A stretch of DNA of 64,000 bases from Chiloscyllium plagiosum (Eukaryota), in assembly GCF_004010195.1 (NCBI RefSeq), contig NC_057711.1:69007619-69071618 (forward strand). Direction: 5' to 3'. The notes below the pieces were generated by a model that was not told the origin of the DNA, ran no database searches, and saw only the letters and a list, made by a program, of their open reading frames with translations. Made by a program: the position numbers and the translations under genes. Shown one piece after another: positions 23,590 through 37,048 of this stretch. How positions within the stretch are numbered: the stretch's first letter is position 1; every line of letters begins with the position of its first letter.

Positions 23590-23880
23590 AGAGTGATAGT
23601 CATACAGCACAGGAACAGACCCTTTGGTCTAACTCGTCCATGCCGGCCAAGTTTCTCAAACTAAACTAGTCCCACTTGCTTCTGTTTGACCCATATCCCC
23701 CTAACCTTTTCCTATTCATGTACCTGTCTTTTAAATGTTGTAACAGTGCCTGCATCTACCACTTTCAATGACAGTTCATTCCAAAACAAACCACCCTCTG
23801 TGTGAACAAGTTGCCCCTCAGGTCCCTTTTCAATCTTTCTCCTCTCCCCTTGAAAAATATGCCTCCTAGTTTTGTACTTC
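23590..23880 (-). mobile_element. CR1 3' end fragment
   Basis: Same family terminus as ~8323-8600 (CATACAGCACAGGAACAGACCCTTTGGTC...AAGTTGCCCCTCAGGTCCC). Confidence 0.8.
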
Positions 23881-25112
23881 AGTGGCCATGAACACTTCTG
23901 CTACTCAGATGTTTGATAAATCCGAGTGACAGGCGAGTAAAATAAGCTTCTGCTGCACAGGAATGGATGAGCTAGAGTATATTCACCATGTTTGTTCTGT
24001 CAAAATTGAAACAGTTCAACCATTGAGCCTGCTGTGCCATTTTTGTTAGCTGTAGCAGCTGTTTCCAGAATCGCACTTCCCTAGTTTTACTGTATTCACC
24101 AAATATGCAACACTCAATCATGTAAATGCCTTAAGTGACATTGACATTTACATTGCTCTAAATTCTACATCCTCTCCAACTTTTGTATGAGAACTTTCTA
24201 TTTCTGGATTGAGTTTTAGTGATTAGCTCAAATTCCAAGTTTATTTTTCTTGGTTACAGATTTTCCTTAGAGAAAAGAGGCATTTCCCTTCTACCCATTG
24301 ATTTTGTTGAAACTAGATCCTGGATGCATCTGAGTGACTTTACAGTCAGCCTTCTTTATAATGTTGATTATTAACGTATTCTAACAGGTGCAAAAACTCA
24401 GATAAACCTGCTACTGATGTTCCATTTTGCTTTGATTTCCATAACACAATTTTAAGACTGATACTCAGCGCCTATCTTTACATAAATCAGGTTTATCCAT
24501 GGTGAACATCAATTGGAAAACGTGCTGAGAATGGCCAAGGTACAGAACATACTCTGGGTGGTGAGCATCAATTACTGACATCAGTGGTTCAGTGATACCA
24601 CTACTGACCAAGCTGATTGAAGGTCATCGCTGTTAGTTTGGTGAGAGTATCAATAGGAGGGAAAAATCTACTTTACCTCATTCTCACCAATTTGCCTGTT
24701 GCAGATTAATCAGCCCTTTAAAGTATTCATACCAATAGCCAGTGTATAGTTCTTGCAGAAACAACATCCTGTCTTCATATTGAGAATACCCTCCACTAGG
24801 TTGTGTGGCACAACCATCGCATGAAATGAGACAGACCTTGAATACATCTAACAACAATAGTACCATGAATTTGCAAGGTGTTGCAAGCCGTCTGCAGCAA
24901 TTGAATTATATTTAACCACAATCTTCAACCTCACGGCCTGGCGTATCCCTTACTTTGCTGTTATCATTTAAACTGTTGGACCAACCCTGGTTCAATGAAG
25001 TGTGTACTACATTATGGCAGGAGCAGTAAAATGCACACCTTAAAGTAAGTCTCAACCTGTTAACATTACACCATCACAGGTTTACCTGGGCCCAAGAAAG
25101 CCATTGATAGAG

Positions 25113-25217
25113 TAATTCCTGATTCCTGTTAAAGGGATCCTGCCCGAAACGTCAATTTTCCTGCTCCTTGGATGCTACCTGACCTGCCGTGCTTTTTCAG
25201 CATCACTCTAATCTTGA
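25113..25217 (+). mobile_element. Penelope-terminus-derived mini-element (105 bp) with hammerhead motif
   Basis: Perfect 11-bp TSD CATTGATAGAG at 25102-25112 and 25218-25228; CTGTTAA-AGGGATCCTGCCC-GAAACGTC. Confidence 0.75.
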
Positions 25218-27918
25218 CATTGATAGAGGAAGCAATCCCACAACCAGCTGATCAGGTATAAGCGCAGCTGCCATGCCACATCTTTTTTGTGAATGGTGAT
25301 GGACAATTAAACAATTAACAGGAGATGGGGAGGCCACCACATACATAGTAACATCTGAATGAAGAACAGGAGTAGACCATTTGACCCTTCTAGCCTTCTC
25401 AGTTATTGAATAACATCATGCTAATCTGGTTGTGGCTTCATCCCTACAGTGGTGTCTAGCCCTAATAACCAATGAATCCCTTATTAGTCAATCCCGCTTC
25501 CTTAGAATTATTCAATGACACCATATCCCCCATACACCACCTGTCTTAAATATAAGACAATTTATTTTAAAACCATGGTCCTAGTTCTTAGTGCATCTGT
25601 TCAAAAAAAAACAAGATTGAAATATTTGCAACCATCAGCCAGAAGGGCCATCTCTGCTTCCTCCTGATGTCTCTAGAATCATAAGTGCCAGTCTTCAGCC
25701 CATTTGGATTGATTGCACATGATATGAGTGGTGAAGGCAAAAAGCACTGACAAAAATTCACAAGTAGTATTGTACTCCAGAATTAGCAGATTAGCAATAC
25801 AGCTACAAAACTGCCACACGAACATTAATGTGAGAAATTAGCCAGGTATGTACTGTTCACATAAAGCTTGACAAATCAAACCTGGAAGTTACGGCCTCAT
25901 CAGTTTACTGTCAATGACATGCAAAGGGGTGTAAGGTGTTATTGACAATGCTATCAAGTAGCACTGAAAACAGCACTGACCCCTAGTTCAGGTTCTGCCA
26001 GAGCCATGCAGCACATTACAGCCTTCTTTCAAAAGAACTGAAGTCCAGAGGTGAGGTCAGAGTAACTGCTCTTGATTCAAGGCAAAATTTGACCCAAGTC
26101 TGACATCATAACTGATGATATTGGAAATCTGGAGATGTCTATCCACTGGTTAGAGTAATAGTTAGCACAAATGGGATATGATTGTGGTTATTGGAGGTCA
26201 ATTATTTCAATCCTAGAACATCATTGCAGGAATTCCTTAGGATAATTTCTCGATCCAATCATCAGCTTATTGATTTTCCCTCTATTGTTAGGTTTAAACT
26301 CGGGATGTTTGCAGATGATTATGCAACATTTTGTACCATTCCTGACTTCTCAGATGTTGAAATATTCTGTGTCCATTTGCAGACACAAATGCCAGGCAAT
26401 GACCATCACCAACAAGAGAAAATCTAACTACCATCACTTGGCTATCAATGGGGTTTCCATTGCTGAATTCCCTACTGTCAACATTCTGGGGTTATCAATG
26501 ACTAGACATTTCACTGGACAACCATTCAAATACTGTGGGTGCAAGAGGACAGTGGCAATGGTGTGTATCGTGTACCAGATGTGCTGCCTTTAAGAATACT
26601 GATTTGTCTTGGCAACAGTGCCTACCTTCACATTTGTAAATGCAAAATATTGCAAAACTATAAATCTGAACTAAAATCAGTGTATGCTGGAGAAATTCAG
26701 CAAATCTGACAGCACCTGAGGAGAGAGAATAGAGTTAGCACTTTGAATCCATTTTGACTCTTTTCCATCTCCAAAGAACAGTCATACTGGACTCGAGTAG
26801 TTGACAGCAGCTCCAATTGTCACACTGGTCAAGTCCTAAAGGACAGCGACAGATGGTGAGGGAATCAACAAGAGGAAAAGACACACTTGACTTCATCCTC
26901 ATTAGTCTGCCTGCTGTAGCTGCATAAATACATGAAAATGCTGATAAAAGTGACCGTAGTCCTTGTGAAGACGAAAATCCGACCTTCACATTGAGAATAC
27001 CTTGCTTCATGTTGCTTGGCAATATGACTGTGCTAAATGGGACACATCTGGCAACTCCAGTCTGTGCACCCATAAGATATTGTGGACTATCAGCTACAGC
27101 AGAAGCATATTCCAACCCAATCTACAACATCATGGCCCGGATACAATGACCATCAAGCCAGAGGTCAGCCTTGGTTCAGTGGAAAATGCAAGAGGGCATG
27201 CCAGGAGCAGAACCAAGCCGACCCAAAAATGAAATATTAGTCTATGAAGCTACAAAAAGAAAAACTGCCTATGCTGTTTGGCATGAAAGTGGCAAGTGAT
27301 AGAGCTCAGCAATGCCACAATTAATAATCAGATTTAAACTTAGCAGTCCTGCCACATTTAGTGGTGAATAGTGATGGACAATTAAACAACTTGCTGGAGG
27401 AGAAGATTCCTCAATGATGGAAACGTCCGGCATATAAGTACAAAAAACAAAGTTGAATAATTTGCAACAATCTGCAGTCAGAAGTCCAAGTGGATGATCC
27501 ATCCTTGCCTCCTCCATAAGTCCTCAACATCCCAGGTGCCAGACGTCAGTCAGTTCGATTCCATTCATAAGGTATCAAGCAACAGCCAGAGACACTGGAT
27601 ACTGCAAAGGCTGAGCCTTACAACATTCTAGCAACAATACTGAAGGTTTCGGCTCTAGAATTTTGTGCGATCCAAGCTGTTCCAGTACAGTTACAGTGCT
27701 GATATCTACAAAATAACGTGGAAAATTTCCCACATATGCCCTGTGCACAAAAAACACGCTAAATCCAAGCCAGGCAATCACTGCCGTATCTTTCAACTCT
27801 CAACCGTCAGTAAAGTGATGGAAGTCATCAATAGTACTATCAAGCAGCATCTGCTCAGTGACACCCAGTTTGAGTTCTGCCAGTGCCACTCAGCTCCTGA
27901 CCTCTCTCAGCCTTGGTC

Positions 27919-29227
27919 AGTGAGCCTGACTTCAGTGTTAGGCAAGTTGTTGGAAGGAATCCTGAGGGACAGGACTTGCATGTATTTGGGAAGGAAGGAC
28001 TTTGGGAATTCATGTCTCACTAACTTCATTGCATTTTTTTGAAGAAGTAACAAAGAAGATTGATGAAGGCAGAATAGTGGACATGAGTTATGTGGACTTC
28101 AGTGAGGTGTTTGACATGATTCTGCATGGTAGACTGATCAGTGAGTTTAGATCACATGGAATGGACGAAGAACTAGTTATTCGGATGCAGAACTGACTCA
28201 AAGGTGTTGGTGTTAGTGGGTTGCTTTTCAGACTGGATGCCTGTGACCAGATGTGTGCTACAAGGGTCAGTGCTGGGTCCACAGCTTTTTGTTATTTATA
28301 TAAATGATTTGGCTGTGAACGTAGGAGGTATGGTTAGTAAGTTTGCAGATGACACCAAAATTGATAGTATCATGGACAGCAAAGAAGGTTACCTCAGAGT
28401 ACAATGGAACTTTGATCCAATGGGCTGAGGAATGGCAGATGTAATTTCATTTTAGATAAATGTGTGGTGTTCCATTTTGGAAAGGTAAATCAGGGCAGTT
28501 AATACACTTAATAGTAAAGTCCTGTGGAGTGCTGCTGAACAAAGAGACCTTGGAATGCAGGTTCATAGTTTCTTGGAGCCACAGGTAGACAGGATAGCAA
28601 AGGCGGTGTTTGGTAGGCTTGTCATTATTGGTCAATGCATTGAGTATAGGATTTGGGAGATCATGTTGCAGCTGTACAGGAGATTAGTGAGGCCACTTTT
28701 GGAACACTGTGTTCAATTCTGGTCTCTCTGCGTTAGGAAGAATGTTGTGCAACTTAAAAGGGTTCAGAAAAGATTTGCAAGGATGTTGCCAGAATTGGAG
28801 GATTTGAGGTATAGGGAGAGGCTGAATTGGCTGGGACTATTTTCTCTGGAGCATTGGAGGCTGAAGGGCATTATAGAATCATGAGAGGCGTGGATAGGAT
28901 AAATAGATACATAGACAAAGTTTTTTCAACAAGGGGTTGGGGTGTCTAAAACTAGAGGGTGCAGGTTTAAGGTGAGAGTGGAAAGATTTAAAAGGGACCT
29001 AAGGGACAATTTTTTTCAAGCAGAAGGTGGTGCATGTATGGAGTGAACTCCCAGAGAAAGTAATGGAGGCTGGTACAATTACAGCATTTGAAAGGCATCT
29101 GGATGGGTTTATGAATAGCAAGGGTTGAGAAGAATATGGGCCAAATGCTGGCAAGTAGGACTAGATTAATTTTGGATATTTGGTCATCATGGACAAGTTA
29201 GACTGACTATACAACTGTGTGACTCAG
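27919..29227 (+). mobile_element. 5'-truncated CR1 LINE (RT to 3' end) nested in an older LINE
   Basis: VSLTSVLGKLLEGIL, QGSVLGPQLFVIYINDL, SKFADDTK, VRPLLEHCVQFW; flanked by TGGTC at 27914-27918 and 29228-29232. Confidence 0.9.
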
Positions 29228-30424
29228 TGGTCCAAATGTGGACATAACAGGCTGAATTCCAGCCATGTATTGAAAGTGACTGCCCCTGACATCCATGGCA
29301 ATATTTGACAGAGTATGGCATCAAGGACCCCAGCAAAACTAAAATCAATGGGAATTGGGACAATCTGTGCTGGTTGGAGTTATGCTTGCCCCAAAGTAAG
29401 GTGGTTGCAGCTTGTGGAAGTCCATCATCTCAGCTCCAGGACATCTCTGTAAGAGTCCCTCAGGGTAATATCCTAGGTCCAACCATCTTCGGCCTTTTAC
29501 TTTCCCACCATCACAAGGTCAGAAGTGGAGATGTTCGCCAGTGTTCAGCACCATCATGACTCTTCGGGTAATTAAGTAGTCCATATCGAAATGCAGCAAG
29601 TTCTGGACAATACCTAGTCCTGGGCTGAAATGTAGCAAACACCATTCCTGTCATTAAAATGTCAAGCAATGACCACCTCCAACAGGGAAGAATTCAACCA
29701 TCATCCCTTGACATTCAATTGCATTTTGATCATTGTATCTCCCACAGTCATCATTCTGGGAGTTACTGTTGACCACAAACTGAGCTGGACTTGCCATAAA
29801 TGCAGTGGCTACAACAGCAGGTCAGAGGCTAGGAATTGTTTAGTGGGTAGATCACTTCCCGACTCCTAAAGTTTGTCCACCATCTGCAATGAACAAGTTG
29901 GGAATGTGGTGCAGTTTGAACAGCATTCAAGAAGTTTGACATCATCCAGGGCAACGCAGCCCACTTGATTGGCAGCACATCCACAAGCATTCAGTCACAC
30001 CATCACTGATGCTCAGTTGCAGCAGTATGTAGTATCTATAAGTTGTACCGTTGAAATAAATGCTGGTTCAACCCAACAATGCCCACGTCACATGAATGAA
30101 TGAATAAAAGACAGATACGACAGTAGGCATTTAAGGGGATATTTAAGAATACATTTAGATTCACTCCGCTGAAGGACTTGCAAATGTAGGATCCCACCAT
30201 CTTTGGTTAACTAAAAAGTTAAATATAAATTCAAAATGTGCAGCAAGTCAGAAAATTGGACAGAACACTTTTTTTAAAAAAAAGACTAGAATATTAATGA
30301 AGGAACAGTTCGAATGCAAAGATTAGTTTCTATAGTTTCTAGTTTCAAAACTAGTAAGATGAGTTTTTATAAATGCTTAAAAAAACAAAGGGGTTGATGA
30401 AGTAGGCATTGGTCCAATAGGAAA

Positions 30425-30948
30425 TGTTAACAGTAGTGGTAAATATGACATATCAAATTTTAACTTTCCATCAGCTGATTGTTATACCTGAGATACTTAA
30501 ATTGTTGCTTTTGAGCAGCAGAGAGATGTCAAATGGATTTTTAGATGAGAAGTGGAAGACTTTGTCCCTTTCTGTCTCTGCCTCTGTCTCTTTCTGTCTC
30601 TGCCTCTGTCTCTTTCTGCCTCTCCATCAACAATTAACCAATGAGCTCTCAGGTTAAAAATCTAATACCTCAGGAGCTCTAAGTACTTGTTCCTGTCTGA
30701 ACCAGACATTGTCCCCTTTTAAGCTTATAATTGTGTTTGATTGTTTCTGTTGTTTTGTTTTTCTCTGGGTTAGATAATAAAATTCTTGTTTCGTTCACTT
30801 CAGAGAATTAACTCGTTAATTGTGATCAATTGATTATGTCTTTAATTGCCATGTAATGGCTGTGTGTGGAATAGAAATGAAAATATTTGTGAACAACCTT
30901 GAGGGGGTTAAAAGGAGGGGGGCAATTCCACGTCTTCTCTTGATTATA
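30425..30948 (+). mobile_element. Possible solo LTR inside a degraded CR1, with a 22-bp CT-rich tandem repeat (30569-30620)
   Basis: Interrupts CR1-like sequence (..GGTCCAATAG / ..GGGGAATTAATAATGGAAAATAAG), begins TG and has AATAAA at ~30777. Terminal CA and TSD are not clean. Confidence 0.4.
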
Positions 30949-32069
30949 ATAGAAGAGTATGGGGAATTAATAATGGAAAATAAGACGATGGCATATCTTT
31001 GAACAGTTATTTAGCACAAATTTCCACTATAGGAATTACAGGTAATACCGCACAATTGAAGAGACGGAGAAAGTCAAGAAAATGGCAATCACCAGGCAAG
31101 TGGCACTGAGCAAATTGTTGCAGCTGCAGGATATCAAGTCCCTCTGTTTGGACTTCACACGAGAATCTTAAAAGAATTGGTTAGTGAGATAGTTGATGTG
31201 TTGGTTTTAATTTAGCTTAACATCTATCGTAGGTATATTACTAAAGCGGTTATATATTCAGACACTTAGAAAAATTCAAGGTAAATCGGCAAAGTCAACA
31301 TGATTTTGTGAAGAGGAAATTATGTTTGACCAATTTATTTGAACTAACTGAGGAAATAGTATGTTCTATAGACAAAGGGAGACTTGATTGCACTTGGATT
31401 TTCAGAAGATACTTGATTAGATGGTACATGAAAGGTTGCTATGAAAATAAAAGCTCATGGTGTAGGGGCAACATACAAGGCATCTTCATTTAAATTCTGT
31501 TCCTGAAAGTTGTGACTTTATGTGAGAAGACTTTAAGTGAAGCATCGATTCCCATAGGAAACAATGTTAATACTGGAGTTAGGTTCTATAAGGCTTTTCT
31601 TGGAAGAAAAACATTATACTTCTAAGTTCAAATACCTGTACTTCAAATGACTAAATTCTTGTTCTGGTAAATGAAGTAACTGTTAAAATTAAACAAATAT
31701 AAAAATGTATCAAAAAACATTCTGAGGTACTGTTAGCTTCATCTGGTGGCAAACGTTGGTAGGTGCAGCAGGACACTCAAGACCACCTGCACAATGGACT
31801 TCTACCACTAGATGGCCTCATTTTGAATTTGGGAGGGAGGCGAGGAGCCAGCAACAAATGGGAAACCAGACGTGGAACTTAAGAATTAGGCTAGGGGAGG
31901 TGGATAAAGTGAGAAATGATGCTTGGGATGAGGGAAAATGGAAAAATAAGCCCCAAGGTGGTGGGAGGTGTTAGAAATGTGAGAAATGAGGCTTGGAGAA
32001 GAACGAAGGAGTGAGTGGGCAGACAGGATGAAATTGCTGCACAGTTCGTTATGATCCTGGTTGATCATT

Positions 32070-33200
32070 CGACTCAAGCCTGTACCTGCTTATCCCTATA
32101 TTGTTTGATCTCTTTAGTCCATGTGCTTTATCCAGCTTTTAAAATCATACAATGTTCTGGTCTTGCCTGCTTTCTGTAGCAAATTTCACAGGCTTTTAAC
32201 TCTCTGGGTGAAGAGATTTCTCCTCTTATCGACTGTAAATGGCTTATTCTGTGTCTTCAATTGTGACCCTTGTTCCGGACTCCCCGCTTATCAGGGATAT
32301 CCTTTCCTGTATCTACTCTGTCTGGCTCTAATAGAGTTTTTGAGGTTTCTATGAAATCCCCCTTCTCATTCTTCTGTACTTGAGCAAGTACAATTATACC
32401 GGATTCAACCTCTCCTCATACGTCAGTCCTGCCATCTCAGGCATCAGTCTGGCAAACCTCCACTGCACTCCTTCTATAGCAAGAACGCCCTTCCTCAGGT
32501 AAGGAGATCAAAATTGATGCAATATTCCAGATGTAGTCTCAACAATGCCCTGTGTAAATCATCCCTGCTTCTGTAATCGAATTCTGTCACTACGAATGAC
32601 GACGTACCATGTGCCTCCCTTATTCTCTGCTGCACCCGCATGCTTGCTTTCAGCGACTCATGTACGTGACCGCCCAGGTCTCATTGTACATTCCCCGCTC
32701 TCAGTTTATTGCCAACATTCTTATTTGCCACTAACCTGCCTTCCTGATTTTACTACCAAAGTGAATAACCGCATATTATATTGCATCTACCATGCATTTG
32801 CCCAATCAGCTTGTCCAAATCACACTAAAACATCTGTGCATTTTCCTCTCAGTTTGCCCTCTCACCCAACTTTGTGTGTTCTGCAAATTTGGAAATGTTA
32901 CATTTAGTTTCCTCATCTGAATCATTCATATTTTTCATGGGTCCTAGCACTATTCCCTACCATACTCCACAAGTCATTGCCTACCGTTTGGTAAGAAAGA
33001 TCCATTTATTCCTCCTTTTTGTTTACTGTCTGCTAACCAGTTTTCCATCCATCTCAATGCACTTTAATTTTATGTGTTGATTTCTTGTTGAAAGCCTTCT
33101 GAAAGTCCAAATAAACCATATCCCCGCTTCATCTATTCTAGTTGCATCCTCAAAGAATGGCAGGAGATTTGTTGATTATTTGATCCTGTCACTGTTTTCC
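32070..33200 (-). mobile_element. Degenerate CR1 3' fragment; a plus-strand CR1 remnant follows to ~33900
   Basis: Reverse complement shows CR1 C-terminal motifs (FSPREL/VDFQKAF/KFAE) and a 3'UTR. Confidence 0.7.
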
Positions 33201-34504
33201 AAATTTTCCACGCTGTCCTAGACCTGGTAATATGCAGCAAGATAATCGATAACCTCATAGTAAAGAGGCCTCTGGATATCAGTGATCATAACATGGTAGA
33301 ATTTAATTTTCAATTTGAAGGGGATTGGTATGGTCGAAGACTAAATCTAAATAAGCATGATTGTAAGGGAACAAATGCAGAATTATCTGAAGTGAAGTGA
33401 AAACTAGATTTGAAGTTAAAACGGTCAAGTTGTTGTGGTGGGCTTTTACAGCTATGTGCAGGATGCATCATCCGTTGTTAAATAAATTGAAACCAATTCT
33501 GCACAATTCTGCACACTTCTATGGCAAATTAGAACATTGGACGGATTTTAAGAACCAGCAAAGAATGATTTTACTAAAGACGGGACAAAATTAGAGTGAG
33601 CGAAAATAAGTTAGAAATAGAAACACTGATAATAAAAGTATCTACAAGTACTTAAAAAGGAAACCGGTAACAAACTCGAGTGTTGACCATCTTGTGAATG
33701 AATCTGTAAGCTAATAAATGGAAACAAGAAAATGGAGAAGTGTTGAAGAGATATTTTATATCTTTGTTTTTAAATTTTCTACAGTGAACAATCCCTATAG
33801 ATCTCTTAAAATCATCACCTAAACCAAAGAGAGTAACTTGAAACAATTAGGGATGGAATACTCCAGCTGAAGCCAATGGGTTAAGTTTTAACAGATGAAG
33901 TTGAGTAGGTGAGAGATTGCAAATTACTGAAACCATCAGAATTGGGTTCAAAATTATTCCCAGTATCTGATTTATTCTATACCAGTCAAAGGTTGGAGAC
34001 ATGTCAGTCTTGCAGTGTTGGTAGATCCAAAATATTTAATGATGTAGTTTGATGTAAATTTGTCTCTTTCCCCTGTGGCAAGCAGAGAGATATCATTCAA
34101 TCCAAATCACAATTTAAATCCAAGACCTTACTATCTGCCATGACAACTGTTTTCTTATAATGAAAAACAAATGGTGAATGAGTGATATAACACTAAACTA
34201 TAATGAATAGCTTAAGCTAAAAGTAGATACTGTGAAAACCTCTTGCGGTTAAGATGGCAATAAGCTACTTGTTTTGCAGTTGTGACTCCAGATTGTTTTA
34301 ACGTGCAGTAAATATAAGAAACAGTGATCCTGAAATAAATATTTACCAATGAACTTTCTTCGGCTTTGCTCTGTTCAGTTTGAGAAAATAAAAGATGGGC
34401 CAAAAATTCTCAACACTTTCTCCTCTATCCCATCACTATAGATTTTTACTTAATGCCTTTTCTTTACAAAAATAAATCTTATTGCATCGAGAGCATTTCA
34501 ACAT

Positions 34505-34620
34505 ATTTTCTCAACAACCTGTTTAGAGGCATTATTGCATCCCTTTGGGCCAGTAAGACTTGAAACTGGGCCTCCTGGCTCAGAGGTTGGAATATTACCA
34601 TTGTGCCAGAAGGGCTCTCC
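34505..34620 (-). mobile_element. Short (~115 bp) tRNA-derived SINE
   Basis: Minus strand TGGCACAATGG (A box)...CTCTGAGCCAGGAGGCCCAGTTTCAAGTC (B box)...AACAGGTTG..GAAAATA; related copies at ~56070-56185 and ~57998-58115. Confidence 0.65.
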
Positions 34621-36839
34621 AAAGTTCTTCAATATTGTTCAATTTAACTAACTAGCATGCAGATGGAAAACAAAATCTTTCAGTTTCACTCCTCATTTAT
34701 TAATTCCTAATTTCGAGCATTGTCTTGCCTCTCCATCCCACCTTCCCCACAAAATTGTATCTGAAGCCTTCATTCCATTGATTTGATTACTTCCATGGAA
34801 CTCAGCCAGCCCCTTTTGACAGACTTCGATTTATGGCATTAGTTTTTGAAAATTATTTTTGTCCTACTTTTTGTTTTGATTATATGATTGCAGAAGATAA
34901 CCTATTTCCTTATGCTGATAGTTCTAGAAGAAAATGTTATACAAGTCTAAGCAGTCCAATTTCATTGCCTTTGTTAAGGCAAGGCTTTTGGGAAGATGCT
35001 GAAGTGATTCATAAGAACAGTATGATCTACCTTGTTGTTTTCACTTTGAAATCTGATGTTTATTATGGCAATGCAAAGAGTACGTCCAGTGGTTAGAAAA
35101 GAACATGGTGTTTCACAAATATTACCATATTAACTAATAGCAAGCAGATTACCCTTTTTAAAAATAAAATCCAGGTAATTGACCTTGACCTTCTGGTGTG
35201 TTGCACAGTTGTTCTATAAACTATTTTTGTCACTAAGCTGTTTTTTTGGAGGATAGCATGTTTCTATATTCTTCAGATAAAAATGACAAGTGTCCAAAAG
35301 CCAGGAATGTTGGCACTGGGTGGAAAACCAAAGCTGCTAATGTGATAAACATGAGAGATGAATTTGGCTTGAGTGACAGGAACGCCCCAGGAAGGGAATA
35401 AAAATGATTAAAAGGTTATTTTGTTTTAATGTTGAGACAAAGTTAACAAGATATGGAAAAAGAAGAGAATGTAGGCAACAGCTACTGATCACAATATTTA
35501 TTTCATAAACAATGGACAGTTAAGATAATCAATGAAAAGGTATACAGAAAGAACTCTGACTTTAAAAAGTATCCATTGCAAGGCAGTGCTTAAAGTCCAC
35601 TGATTTTCCTCTATGTTTCCTCTCATACAGGTTCATGTCAATTCTATTTAGTTTTGTATGATGGGTGGAGAAAAGGAATTGTCTATTTAGGCAAGGTGTT
35701 TTGTGGCCAAGTTTAAATAAAGCATTAACTGTTAAGGAATAAAAGTTCTTTCAAGACAAATAAAGTTGGCATCTGTACCTTTAAACACAATCTATGGAAT
35801 TTTGGTGGTAAAGGCAGTAGTTAAGACATGCAGTGCTGGATGATTTGAGCTCCAATTATTGTTAAGAGAACAGTTCTAAACTGGCATTGTTTTTGATCTT
35901 TGTATCCCTAAATTGCTGGGAATATTGGCCAGTGATTCCAATTCTATATATAAGCTGAAAGAATTCTTCACTACTTCAAACTGAATTAGGTTTGTGTAAT
36001 TGAAGCATTTTCAGTATGGCGTGTTCCATATGCTATAACTGTACCAACAAGCCAGTTATACTGAGGAATTTTTTTTCCTTTTGGTTCTGCACCTTTCTGC
36101 GGAAATGTAGTTAAAATGTAGTTAAAGATGGGTGGCACTCGTGACCTTTAGTGTTTGTACTTCAGGTGAACATTCATGAACTGTTACAGTTGTTTGGTAG
36201 AGAGTTCAGGATTTTGATCCAGCAATGACATCGTATGTGGCTTAAAGGAGAACTTGGGTATTGGTATTCCCATGCATTTGCTGCTTGTTATTTTAGTTGT
36301 TGACGATCATGGTTTCAGAAGCTACAATCAGAAAGTCTTGGCAAATTATTGTGCATTTTGTAGATGGTATACACTCTAATCATGCAATGTGAATGAATGT
36401 TTAAGTTGCTGAGTAGTTCTTAATCAAGTGGACATTTTTGAGTTGAATTTTGAGTATGGTTGTAGTTGTGGTCATTCCAGGCAAGTGGAGAGTACTTCCG
36501 AGTTGTCTTGTGGATAGTGGTGAGGTTTATGGAGTCGTGCAAACTTTGACCTAATTTGGTATTTTGATATTTGTGTGTCTGATCCAGTTGTTTTTCTAGT
36601 CAATGGTTATCAATAGACAGTAGACAATAGGTGCAGGAGTAGGCCATTCAGCCCTTTGAGCCTGCACCGCCATTCAATATAATCATGGCTGATCATTCCT
36701 AATCAGTATCCTGTTCCTGCCTTACCCTCAATCTGTTGATAGTGGGATATTAGTGATAGCAATACCATTTGAAGGTTATAGTGAGACAGTTAAGTTAAGT
36801 TCCCTTTTAATGAAGATGATTACTTTGTCATTTAAGCGT

Positions 36840-37048
36840 GCAAATCATTCCACTATAATGTGTGTTTCGTCAACGCAAATTTGCTGTAACCCGTTTGACG
36901 AATATCGGATGCTGTTTCTAAAGAGCGAACTTTTAAAATGTGCATTGGATGTAGCACGATCACTTCGCCAACACTTTAAGCGTTATTTGTATTGAGCAAT
37001 TCTTGTATAGCACAGGAACGTGACAATTACGCTATAGAAGAAATGACT
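36840..37048. mobile_element. Second copy of the Tigger/pogo-like MITE, opposite orientation
   Basis: Reverse complement shares TTCTTCTATAG..., GCTTAAAGTGTTGG, TTTAGAAACA, GTTACAGCAAATT.GC.TTGAC with 5854-6073; lies within a minus-strand LINE remnant (~36150-37960). Confidence 0.65.

Larger units (their letters stand above)
24480..30105 (+). mobile_element. Fragmented copies of the second CR1/L2-group LINE family hosting several nested insertions
   Basis: ORF remnants KLFQYSY...WKISHICPVHKK..KSKPGN, MFADD, VPQGNILGPTIF, ILGVTVDHKLSW; 3' tail ...CCCACGTCACATGAATGAAT at ~30100. Confidence 0.7.
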
